Below are positions 10,840-22,522 of a stretch of DNA of 64,000 bases, one piece after another. The translations under genes were made by a program, and so were the position numbers. Under the pieces are notes generated by a model, which was given only the letters and a program-made list of their open reading frames with translations, was not told where the DNA came from and made no database searches. This DNA comes from Ranitomeya imitator (lineage: Eukaryota), in contig NC_091285.1 of NCBI RefSeq assembly GCF_032444005.1, positions 638,538,001 to 638,602,000 on the forward strand. Direction: 5' to 3'. The first letter of the stretch is position 1, and each line of letters starts with the position of its first letter.

Positions 10840-11152
10840 AGTGATGACGAACGTACTCGGATAAGGTGTTATCTCAGCATGCTCGTGTCCTAATTGAGTA
10901 TTTTCGGCGCGCGCTCCAAAAATATATTCGAGTTCCCGCGGCTGCATGTCTCGTAGCTATACGACTGCCACAACACATGCAGGGATTACCTAACAAACAT
11001 TGTATCCCTGCATGTGTTGTGGCTGTCAAACATCCGTGAGACATGCAGCCGCGAGGACTCAAACTCATATTATTCCAGCACGCCGAAGATACTCATTTAG
11101 GACACGAGCATGCTGAGATAACACCTTATCCCAGCATGTTTGCTCATCACTA
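10840..11152. mobile_element. Palindromic MITE in intron 3 of the resistin-like gene
   Basis: Long inverted arms GTGATGA..GGATAAGGTGTTATCTCAGCATGCTCGTGTCCTAA / TTAGGACACGAGCATGCTGAGATAACACCTTATCC..TCATCAC-TA. Confidence 0.85.
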
Positions 11153-11429
11153 ATTGTAATGTATGATATAAGTGATCAAAAAATTCTATTGTTAATCCTC
11201 CAAAGGGGCTGGAAAAAAATATATACAAAAATCTTTTTTTCTCCCTTATGCAAATAAAATGAAAAAATCTAAATGGCACCATAATTAGTAGTATCATCAT
11301 GTCTGTGATGAAATCACAGGATACAGATGGATTGCCTGGGCCCCCATGGTTGTTATCTTAGTTCTCCTGTGAAACCCAGCCATCATTTTTCTTACGTACT
11401 ATACTATACTACACTATACTGTGCCCAAA

Positions 11430-12365
11430 AACATGTTTTAAAAATATAAAAAAGAAAAAGTATAAAAGTACGATTTCCCCCTTTCCCAGATAATTTTTTT
11501 TTTTTAAAAAAGCATAGTCAGTCTTGCCGTTTTTGGAAAACTCCGATCTATAAAGTATAACAGTAATAAAGGGGCTGTCCATTCCTCAGACAACCTCTTC
11601 TCAACTACGATATCCCCCCATGTAAAATAAAAGCCCACACCAGTGCCGGAACCGTACCCACAAAGTCAGCGTCGAGTCGCTTGGGGCCCGTGTGACACGA
11701 CGTGTGATGGGGCTTGCTGGAGGGGAGTACAGGCATGATTTTCTTTTTTTTTTTTTTACATGGGGCAATATAGTAATTGGGAAAGTGTTGTTTGATTAGT
11801 GGACAACCCTAGAGGACAGAGAATAATAGAAAACACCAGAATTGCTCTTTCTCAGTTGCTGCACCTAGCCCTAAAAGATCCAATTAAAAGCTATCAAACT
11901 ATCACATACACCCAAATTGGTACCAATTAAAACGTCAGCTCGCCACCCCAAACCCTAGAGGACAGAGAATAATAGAAAACACTAGAATTGCTGTTTCTCA
12001 GTTGCTGCACCTAGCCCTAAAAGATCCAATTAAAAGCTATCAAACTAATCACATATACCCAAATTGGTACAAATTAAAACGTCAGCTCGCCACCCAAAAA
12101 AAAAATCCATACATAACCATACAAACCTAGGAATCATGTCACCTGGTCATTTTTTCAACACAATGAACACGTTAAAAAAAATAAAATAAAAATATAAAAT
12201 AGTACAGTAAATGGTAAAATAAATGGATCAAAACTATAACTCGTTCCACAAAAAAACGAGCCCTCATACGACAATGTCGACAGACGAATAAAAAAAAAGT
12301 TAAGACTCTTGGAATTAGGGGGGAATGAAATAATTAAAAAAAAAAAAACCCCAGTCATGAAGGGG
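11430..12365. mobile_element. Right part of a piggyBac-like non-autonomous element containing a ~146-bp tandem duplication (11805-12096)
   Basis: Terminus GTCATGAAGGGG-TTAA at 12354-12369 is the reverse complement of the TTAA-CCCCTTCATGAC terminus at 57968. Duplicated unit starts aaccctagagg at 11805 and 11951. Left end uncertain. Confidence 0.6.
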
Positions 12366-12630
12366 TTAAAAGAGGTATACTAGAAAGTTACAACATATAC
12401 ATAGAATATGTCACAATTGTCTAATAGATGTGGGTCTAACCTCTAAGACTTATAGGAATCTCTAGAATAGGGCCCCACGTCTCAGCGCCACAAATGCAGA
12501 GGTGGATGCACCTGCCTGTCCCTCTCCATTAACTTCTATGCGACTTCTGAAAATATCCAAGCAAGTATGGAGGAGCGTGGACCTTGCAGTGTATTCTGCA
12601 GGATGACATTTCCTTTTTTTACACTTTCAG

Positions 12631-12758
12631 GATATACTCCCGTCTCCTGTTCCTGTGGAATGGGCTGTGGATCCTACAACTTCAAGACCGCCAACTCATG
12701 TGTCTGTGAATGCCTTAACACAGACTGGACGAGTGCCCGCTGCTGCAAGAGCGCCTAG
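12631..12758 (+). CDS. Glycine-rich resistin-like protein, copy B, terminal coding exon
   Basis: Acceptor tttacactttcag; completes C-X11-C-X8-C-X-C-X3-C-X10-C-X-C-X-C-X9-CC exactly when joined to 9352. Total CDS 49+426+128=603 nt = 200 aa + stop. Confidence 0.93.
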
Positions 12759-12805
12759 TAACCGGTCATCTGGGTTCATTAACACAAATACTCATTTTTT
12801 GTAAC

Positions 12806-12811
12806 AATAAA
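12806..12811 (+). terminator. Polyadenylation signal of copy B
   Basis: AATAAA 47 nt after the stop. Confidence 0.75.
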
Positions 12812-13190
12812 ACACATTTAAAAAGGAGTCCGAATCGGCTTAATTTCCATATCCAGAGACTGCAGAAAAATGCTCTCATTTGTGCTTTCTCATTAGGGAG
12901 CTTACAGTTTTATCACACAGTTCAGACCTGGGCAAAGTTCAGCCCTCATACTGTATATAGGGGGCTATGTGGGGGCTCATACGGAAGCTAATTGGGGGCT
13001 CATAAGGTATATAGGGGGCTATGTAAGGGGTCATACTGGTTATCTTGGGCAGATATTGTATATAGGTGGCTATGTGGGGGTTCATACTGTATATGGGGCT
13101 ATGTAGGGGCTCACACTGCTTATAGTAGGCTAAGTGGGTGCTCATATGGTATATAGTGGTCTATGTGGTTGATCATACGGTATATAGGGG

Positions 13191-16088
13191 CTACGTCATC
13201 ATCTCGCGAGACCGCAATGCACTCTTCAGACCGGAGCGCGCGAGAAGCGTCGGTAACCGCTTCGATCCGGGGGCCAACAGAGGGCGAGTATATGACTATT
13301 TTTTTATTTTAATTTTTTTTTTTTTTCTAAACAGGGATATGGTGCCCACATTGCTATAGACTGCGTGGGCTGTGCAATATATTACGTGGGCTGGGCAATA
13401 TACTACGTGGGCTGGGCAATATACAACATGGGCTACGCAATATACTACGTGGGCTGCGCAATATACTGCGTGGGCTGCGCAATATACTACGTGGGCTGCG
13501 CAATATACTGCGTGGGCTGGGCAATATACATGGGCTACGCAATATACTACGTGGGCTGTGCAATATACAACGTGGGCTGCGCAATATACTATGTGGTTGG
13601 GCAATGTACTACGTGGGCTGGGCAATATAGTACGTGGGCTGCGCAATATACAATGTGAGCTGGGCAATATACAACGTTGGCTGCGCAATATAATACGTGG
13701 GCTACGCAATATACAATGTGGGCTGCGCAATATATAACGTGGGATGCGCAATATACAACGTGGGCTGCACAATATACAACGTGGGCTGCGCAATATACTA
13801 TGTGGTTGGGCAATATACTACGTGGGCTGCGCAATATACTACGTGGGCTGGGCAATATAGTACGTGGGCTGCGCAATATACAATGTGAGCTGGGCAATAT
13901 ACGTGGGCTGCGCAATATAATACGTGGTTGGGCAATATACTACGTGGGCTATGTGGTATCTAATACTGTATATAGGGGCGCACACTGTATATAGGGAGCT
14001 GTGTGGAGGCTCATACTGTATACAGGGGGACTCTGTGGGATCACACTGTATATAGGGGAAGTGTCACCATAATAATAAAAAAAAAATAGTTATATACTCA
14101 CCCTCCGGTGCCCCCCCCCCCCCCCGGATCAGGAACCGGCCTTTCCGGCTCCTCGCGATGCCCCGGTGACCGCTCCATGCATTGCAGTCTCGCGAGATGA
14201 TGACGTACGGTCTCGCCAGACCACTACGTCATCATCTCGCGAGACCGCAATGCACTCTTCAGACCGGAGCGCGCGAGAAGCGTCGGTAACCGCTTCGATC
14301 CGGGGGCCAACAGAGGGTGAGTATATGATTATTTTTTATTTTAATTCTTTTTTCTTTTTTTTTTTTAACAGGGATATGGTGCCCACATTGCTATAGACTG
14401 CGTGGGCTGTGCAATATATTACGTGGGCTGGGCAATATACTACGTGGGCTGGGCAATATACTACGTGGGCTGCGCAATATACTGCGTGGGCTGCGCAATA
14501 TACTACGTGGGCTGGGCAATATACAACGTGGGCTACGCAATATACTACGTGGGCTGTGCAATATACAACGTGGGCTGCGCAATATACTATGTGGTTGGGC
14601 AATGTACTACGTGGGCTGCGCAATATACTACGTGGGCTGGGCAATATAGTACGTGGGCTGCGCAATATACAATGTGAGCTGGGCAATATACAACGTTGGC
14701 TGCGCAATATAATACGTGGTTGGGCAATATACTAAGTGGGCTGCGCAATATACTACGTGGGCTACGCAATATACAACGTGGGCTGCGCAATATACAACGT
14801 GGGCTGCGCAATATACAACGTGGGATGCGCAATATACAACGTGGGCTGCGCAATATAATACGTGGTTGGGCAATATACTAAGTGGGCTGCGCAATATACT
14901 ACGTGGGCTACGCAATATACAATGTGGGCTGCGCAATATACAACGTGGGCTGCGCAATATACAACGTGGGATGCGCAATATACAACGTGGGCTGCGCAAT
15001 ATACTATGTGGTTGGGCAATATACTACGTGGGCTGGGCAATATAGTACGTGGGCTGCGCAATATACAATGTGAGCTGGGCAATATACAACGTGGGCTGTG
15101 CAATATACTACGTGGGCTACGCAATATACAATGTGGGCTGCGCAATGTACTACGTAGGCTGCGCAATGTACTACGTGGGCTGCGCAATGTACTGCGTGGG
15201 CTGCGCAATGTACTGCGTGGGCTGCGCAATGTACTGCGTGGGCTGCGCAATGTACTGCGTGGGCTGCGCAATGTACTGCGTGGGCTGCGCAATGTACTGC
15301 GTGGGCTGCGCAATGTACTGCGTGTAAAGAACAAGGCAAACACTGAAGGCTGTTATAAACAAGTGCAATCATAATAATAGATGTAATCATATAGTATAAT
15401 CAGCCAATACATGGAAAGTGTAGGACACACCACTGCTAATAAGCTAAACCTCTAAAAAATAGTGCAATAGTCCAAATACATAGAAAAAGTTTATTAGATA
15501 AATACAAAAATGAACAAACAAAGTCAGCAAGGTCAGCAAGGTAGGGAGCGTGAGACAACAAACCTCATGGAGCTAAAGAGCAAGGAAGTGTTCCCCAAAC
15601 AAAAATCAATAAATAGGACCTTAGATGGTGCATATAAAATATAGTGGGCTCACATATAAACCTAACATACCGTCTGATAATTGTATCAAGATCATATTAT
15701 ACATAGTACAAAGTAGCAAACCACAGATGTGTGTAGATACAAATAATGCACATATAAACATAAGAGCATACCACTATAGAATGGGGAAACACACCAGCTC
15801 CTGCCCATCCCGACGCGCGTTTCAGTAAAGTCCTTCCTCAGCGTGCGTGCCATGTATTGAGGCAGGTGGAATATATAGCTGCCAGATCGCCAAGTACAGC
15901 CAACAGGCTCCCACATCACCGCAAAACGGCCACACATGGCACCATCGGAAATACACGGGCCCATGTATATACTGCGTGGGCTGTGCAATGTACTGCGTGG
16001 GCTGTGGAATATACTACGTGGGCTGTGCTATACACTACGCATACATATTCTAGAATACCCGATGCGTTAGAATCGGGCTACCATCTAG
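13191..16088 (+). mobile_element. Composite non-autonomous Helitron sequence with an expanded ~20-21-bp internal minisatellite
   Basis: Ends with hairpin cccgat-gcgttaga-atcggg followed by CTAG at 16085-16088. Unit gtgggctgcgcaatatactac is repeated over 13360-13950 and 14400-15325; the block at 13192 is repeated at 14225. Confidence 0.8.
15326..15960 (-). mobile_element. Penelope-like/retrozyme-type insertion interrupting the Helitron minisatellite
   Basis: AT-rich ~635-bp block flanked on both sides by the minisatellite; - strand carries CTGAGGA..GAAAC GCGC GTC at 15841-15812. Confidence 0.5.
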
Positions 16089-16596
16089 TCTACTATATAA
16101 TTGTCTAAGGGTCACTTCCGTCTGTCTGTCTGTCACGGATATTCATTGGTTGCGGCCTCTGTCTGTCATGGAAATCCAAGTCGCTGATTGGTCGTGCCAA
16201 AACGCCCATGACCAATCAGCGACGGGCACAGTCCGGCAGCAAAATGGCTGCTCTTTCCTCCCCGCAGTCAGTGCACGCTCCATACTCCCCTCCAGTCAGC
16301 GCTCACACAGGCTGTGCAATATACTACATGGCTCTACAATATACTACGTGGCTATGTTATATACTACGTGGCTGACCAATATACTACATACCTGTGCAAT
16401 ACACTACGTGGCTGTTATATACTACGTGGCTGTGGTATATACTACGTACGCTGTGTTACATACTACGTAGCTCTGTTATATACTACGTCGGTTGTGTTAT
16501 AAACTACGTCACTGTGCAATATAGTACGTAGCCTGTGCTATATACTACCTACATATTCTAGAATACCCGATACGTTAGAATCGGGCCACCATCTAG
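16089..16596 (+). mobile_element. Complete short non-autonomous Helitron, head-to-tail with the previous one
   Basis: Starts TCTACTATATAATTGTCTAAGGGTCAC directly after the previous CTAG; ends with hairpin + CTAG|T at 16593-16597. Confidence 0.88.
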
Positions 16597-17599
16597 TATT
16601 GTATATATGTGGCTGTGTAGGGAGCTGTGAAGGCTATCCTGTTATTTATGGGGGATTATGGTGGCTATCATCAGGCTGTGGGGGATCATTATAGGGAAGC
16701 ACAGGCGTCATAGAGGAAAAATTAAAATCCATAAAGACATCTTCAGAGAAGGGAGAAAAGCTGACACTTTAACTTCCCTTAAAATAGGTCTTCACATTGA
16801 ATATATGGGATTAATTAAACTTAGAAACAGAGGGACTAATGAAAACAAAGGAAATGAGAGCGAGAGCGAATACTTTCATCTCCACTGAAGTAGGAGCCTC
16901 CTGCGATGACCGGATAATTACAGCAGCGAGATTTGATCCGAAAAAGACCCAAAGTCTGAGATCTGTATATTCAAGAGACAGAGGGATGCTTAGCCCAATG
17001 TAAACAGGGATTAAAATGGGATGATCGGGACAAGGCCCCTTCTTTCTTTACTCTGTATAGTGTTTCTTTTTCTGTAATGATGGGCAATATTTAATTCTGG
17101 CATATTACACCATTTTGTATGCCTGACAAAGACCTATGTCAAGTGGAAATATCGCATCTATCTTTTTCACCTGATTTTGGATTCTGCCTATTTAATATTT
17201 TTAGCATTGTTTTGATGAATCTGAGGGACACGTAGGAGAGTTTGCACTAATAAATCCTGACACAAGCGTGACTCACTATGTGGCCGGGTGTGTCCCTTCC
17301 TCTTGGCAGGATGGGCTCTTTGTTAGAGCATGCAAGAAAAACAAATCTGAACTGTTCTGACAAAAGCCTTAAGAAACGACTTCTCTCATCTACCAGGAGC
17401 TTTCGTACAGATTACCTCATGCTTCAGGTTTCAACACCAGGAACAACACGCAGATCCGCAGAGTCTCATTGATCCTTCCACACAACAGATCTGAGATGAG
17501 AAAAACAATAAAAAAAAAAACTGATGCCCCTAGGATGCAAAACACCTGTGAAAAAGAAATACTCCACTTCTATCAGTAGCATTGGGATATGGCTATAGT

Positions 17600-20290
17600 C
17601 TTAGGTTATGTTTACACTGCGTAATTTTCCTGTAAAAAAAAACATCAGTTTTTCAGTCAGAAGATGCTTCAGAGGTCGCTTCTCTTTTCCTGACGTTTTC
17701 TCAATATTTTGTAATACAAAGCATTTTTTTTTATTTCACGTTATTTTATTCTTCCACCAGCATTTTTGTAGGACGCTTATTTCAGCTTTTTTTTTTTTTT
17801 TTTTAGGGGGGGCATCTTTATTAGTGTTTTTCAGATGCATTTGGAAATCTATTAAGCAATGGTTAAACTGCTAGCATTTTTTTTTTGCAAAAAAGAAAAC
17901 ACCTTAAAAACTGCTCAAAAAGACACCCAGGCATCTTCTATGGTTTTTTTTAGACTTTTTACTGACTTGTCTTCTAAAGTATTGAGCGTCATTCCAGTGG
18001 AAAACGCCTGAAAAAGTGACTTCTTTTAAACGCTTGACTGTTTTGAAAGCCTGATGAATTTTTTTTTTAGCGTTTTTTTTGGAGCAGCATCAATCACCGC
18101 ATTTAGAAAGCAGGTAGCGGGATGGGGCTCCCTCTCCCCTTGATTGGCGCCCTCGGAACATCATTGTGGGGCCCAATTATTGCCATGATGACCAGAGGAC
18201 AAAAATTAATGTCATCTTGTCCCACAAAAAAGAAGCCGCCATACAGCTCCATCAGCGGAAAAAATAGTTATAGCTCTAGGAATAAATCAATGCAAAAATA
18301 ATTATTTTTTCTATAAAATAGTTTTTATTGTGTAAAAGTGACAAAACCTAAAAAAAATTACAAAAAACTATAGAACTGGGGTATCGCTGTAATTGTACTG
18401 ACCGGAAGAATAGAGCTGCTCTATCCATTTTGCCACATGCGGAACGGTATAACCCTCCCCCCAAAAAATAAAAATCAATTCCTGAATTGCTGTTTTTTTG
18501 TTCATTCTGCCTCCCAAAAATTGGAATAGAAAGTGATCAACCAACTTTATGCCCCTGAAAGTGGTACCAATAAAACCATAAACTCATCCCGCAAAAAGCA
18601 AACACTGACAGGATTTTGTCGGCCAAAATATGGAAAAATTATAGCTCTGAAAATATGGCATTTTTTAGTGTTTAACAGCAGGCAGACACAAAAAAATATA
18701 TATATATAAATCTGGTATCGCTGTAAATCGCACCGACCCGAAGATCACTTATACTGCATAAGGAATGGCGTATAAAATAAATAAAACCAATTCTTTACCT
18801 GCTGTTGATTTTTTCTTTCTGCCTCCCAAAGATTGTAGTAAGGTTTGGGGCACATTTATCCTGCACTCTATGAAGAGCGCTTGCACCGTGGTTTCCATGT
18901 AAATCTCTGAACTACGTGCATCAGATGGAACCCCCGGTGGAACAGTCCCTATACTCAGGCAGATGGAGACACTGTGGATGCTGTCTGGCCTATGATCTGG
19001 CGGTATCCGTCTTTTTAGGCGTACATGAAAGTGCGGTCCTACACAGTTTTGTGCACTTCTAAAAAGAACACTGTTGAACAGAGGCCATACAGAGTCCAGA
19101 GTAACTCTGCTGCCTCATATAGTGAATGGATCCCTCAGGGGTTTGATCTTAATCACTTCACTAGGAGATTTAGATGGAATCTCCAAAGTAAGTGCTCAGC
19201 GTAGAGTGCCGGAAAAATGTGATCCGCTCTTCTAGTACTTAGGGGCTCTGTATATGGAGTCTGCGAACTAAACTAGGAAAATCTGCACTCCAGGAGGAAA
19301 ATAACAGTCCATCCCTCCAGAGTCTCTCTGTATGGCTAAGCAGTACTGTACAGCTACATATGAAGTATTTCTACATTCAGCAGAAATTGGGGGACAAAAT
19401 TTGGTGCAATTTTTACCCATTTCCCTTTGTCAAAATGTAAAATCTGGCGAAAACAAAATTTGTGTGGCAAAAATGTAATTATTTTTCCTTCACTGTCCAA
19501 TGGAATATAATTATGTGACCCACCTGTGGTTTTAATATGATCACTGCACCCCTAGATGAATTAATTGAGGTGTAGTTTGTAAAATAGGGTCACTCATGGG
19601 GGTTCTGCTGTTCTGGCACCTCAGGGGCTCTCCCAGTGGGTCATGGCACCTGCAAACCAGAAGAGTAAAATCGCACTATAATATGGCGCTTCTACCCTTC
19701 GCACTGTGCCTCAGAAGTATTTACTGATTACATGTAGTTTATTGGTGCAGTCAGGAGAAATTTTTACACCAAACACAACAAACTGAGGTCCGTTTTTACC
19801 TACTAACCCTTAGAAAAATTAAAAACTCGTGATGCATCCCTCACGCTGCTTCCGCTCCCAAGGATGCTTTGCGACAATGACCCGTGATGATGTAGCGGTC
19901 TTGCGAGACCACTACGTCATGTGGGGTCATTGCCGCAAGGCATTATTGGGAATGGGAGAATCGCGAGGAGCGGGAAGGCTGCGGGGGACGCCGGAAGGTG
20001 AGAATATCACGATTTTTTATTATTTTTAACATTAGAACTTTTTACTATTGATGCTGCATAGTACAAAGTTGGTCACACTTATCAAACACTATGTTTGACA
20101 AGTGTGACCAACCCGTCAATCGGTTTTCCAAGCGATGCTACAGACCGCTTGGAAAACGCTAACATTCTGCAAGATAATTACGCTTGCAAAACGCTAGTGT
20201 TTAGCGGGAATACGCATGCCAATTTCGCATGCGCTTTACCCGCTGCACAGTTGCGGAATTCCGGACGTGTGCACATAGCCTTAAAGAGTT
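17600..20290. mobile_element. Patchwork of degenerate DNA-transposon fragments (Harbinger-type MITEs, piggyBac-like internal sequence, Helitron fragment)
   Basis: Degraded GGCTATGTTCACAC-like termini (17603; 20265-20282) and motifs shared with other repeats in the window; individual boundaries not resolvable by eye. Confidence 0.45.
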
Positions 20291-22274
20291 TTATGATACC
20301 CTTTGCTGGATATTTTACATTTTTTTTGGTGGATACTTGGCGCCCTACAGGGCTTTCCGGGCATAAGAGATCCTTTTATCCATGTGTAAGCCATTTGTGA
20401 TCCAAGTCAGGCTTTCACAATTCAGTGCAAAGTCCCCGGTAGCCCAGCTCCACCTTCTCTTCAAATCCTGATCCAACTGTTCTGCTCCCCCCTCCCCCCC
20501 CCCCGGCCAGTGACTTTGCAGTAATGACAAACTATAGTTCTAATGATGACTCATGCAGGGAAAACAAAATTTCCAGATTCTACATAGAATTTAGAAGGAT
20601 TCAGCTGGTCAGTTTTTAATCACGTGATGTTCATTGCCATAATGGAAAAATAATTAACTGAGAATAAAAGGCAAAATGGGCAATTGTAAGTACACAGTGT
20701 TATATAACAGGACTACAAAATATTGCAAGGATAAAAACCGTGATGGGAGTGCTTCTTGAAAGTAGCACTCCCCAATGTTATTTTCTTTTTAAATTTATCC
20801 TCTCACTGGTCCCCTAATATAAAGTATATATTTATACATATATACACACACATACAGTACATACAAACACCGGTAATTCAGCTAGTAGTACTATATATAA
20901 TTTTCCTTTCTGGAGACTTATCTAATACTTCTCTAGGGGATTGGACAGGTTTATGTTCTCTGAAGTGGGTCACCATCTCAGTGGATAGCAATCTGTACGA
21001 TGCAATTGCATGGATCGTACCGCTAAAGGTTTCCACAGAACAGAAGCTTCTATCAAAGATAATGATGATGACTGCACAGCCCCTGTCGGTTATAATGCAG
21101 AACACAGCTGAACCTACCTTACTATAAACATATAATTAGTTTTTTTAGGAGAATAAAAATGGGAGGATAATCAGGGTCACCCCTCAGATAAGATGACGTG
21201 GACTCTAGATGCCCATGTGATGTTGTGCTGATCCAACATGGGGCTGACAGCGGAGCATAAAGGAATAACATGCAGGATGGGAGCTAGGAGTCAAGATGGA
21301 GGATGATGGGGTTTTCCCATGGAGCTTTGCCTGTAAGACACCAAAGCAGCTGAGTCTCTTCAATGAGTGGAAGCTTCAATAGAAAAAAAAAAAAACATAA
21401 CAGACCGTGCTATTTCTATATGGCTTTATTTAGGAAACTCAACAAGTGCCTTCATTATATATATGCAAATGTACAACAGCAATCAGTTTTCCTCAGTGCA
21501 AATATTAAAACGTCCATACATCCCCAAGACAGTCGGATGCGAGTTTCAAGTCTTTCCTGTTGCCATGGCGATTTAAAGGATATCTCCCCCACCCCCCAAT
21601 ATATACACTTTATTCTGAAGAAATTAGTTTACATTTTTACTTTTATGTTTTTTCTATTCATGAATCAACTGGAAACAGTCATTTTCCTGAGATAATAAAA
21701 AAAAATTATTACTCAAATGGTAATACGCGGGCAGGACAATATCAATCCTCCTGTGATACAGTTAACGATTGTCTTAATTATTCCCAGAGTTCAGACAATT
21801 TGATAAGAGGTATCCACATGGGCCTTGGGGGGGGAGAATATGTATTTAAAGGGCCAGTCCACTTATATGGAAGTCACTCGCTAGTGCAAAATATTTTATA
21901 TATATTTTTTTATATATATATAAATAACTCCTCCCCGTCCATGTCGTCACCATTGGCCACACGGATCTCGCCATGTGGGAGCCCAGCTACGATCAGACTG
22001 GAAATAGTAAAGAAAGGACATACAGAATACCATATTTTTACATTTTAAAGCCAAGTGAGTGCGTGCAAGTCCTAAACGTGCCGAGAAATAACACTAGTGG
22101 GTAGATCGTGTGAAATGGCCACTTGCCATGTGGAAACCAACAGGAAAAAAAAAAAAAGAGGTATCAGAGAGACATGATGATGGGCAGGGAAAACAAATCC
22201 AACCACCATGTGGTAGCCGGAACTAGTCACACAGTGCCCCAGTATGTATGGAGAGGCCACCCAGACGTTGGCTA

Positions 22275-22522
22275 TAGAGATGAGCGAATGTGCTCGGATA
22301 AGGTGTTATCTGAGCATGCTTGTGTGCTAACCGAGTGTCTTCAGTGTTCTCGAATACTATGTTCGAGTCCCCGCGGCTGCATGTCTCACTGCTGTTCGAC
22401 AGCCACAACCGCGAGACATGCAGCCGCGGGGACTCAAACATATTTTTCCAGCACGCCGAAGACATCGGTTAACACAAGCATGCTCAGATAACACCTTATC
22501 CGAGCATATTCGCTCATCGCTA
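22275..22522. mobile_element. Palindromic MITE, same family as 10840-11152
   Basis: TA-GAGATGAGCGAATGTGCTCGGATAAGGTGTTATCTGAGCATGCTTGTG / CACAAGCATGCTCAGATAACACCTTATCCGAGCATATTCGCTCATCGC-TA. Confidence 0.85.

Noticed and set aside
13296-15390. Numerous (CILRSPR)n, (WAAQYTT)n and (VGCAIYY)n ORFs
   Set aside because: Helitron-internal 20-21-bp minisatellite; the same applies to 44232-44951.
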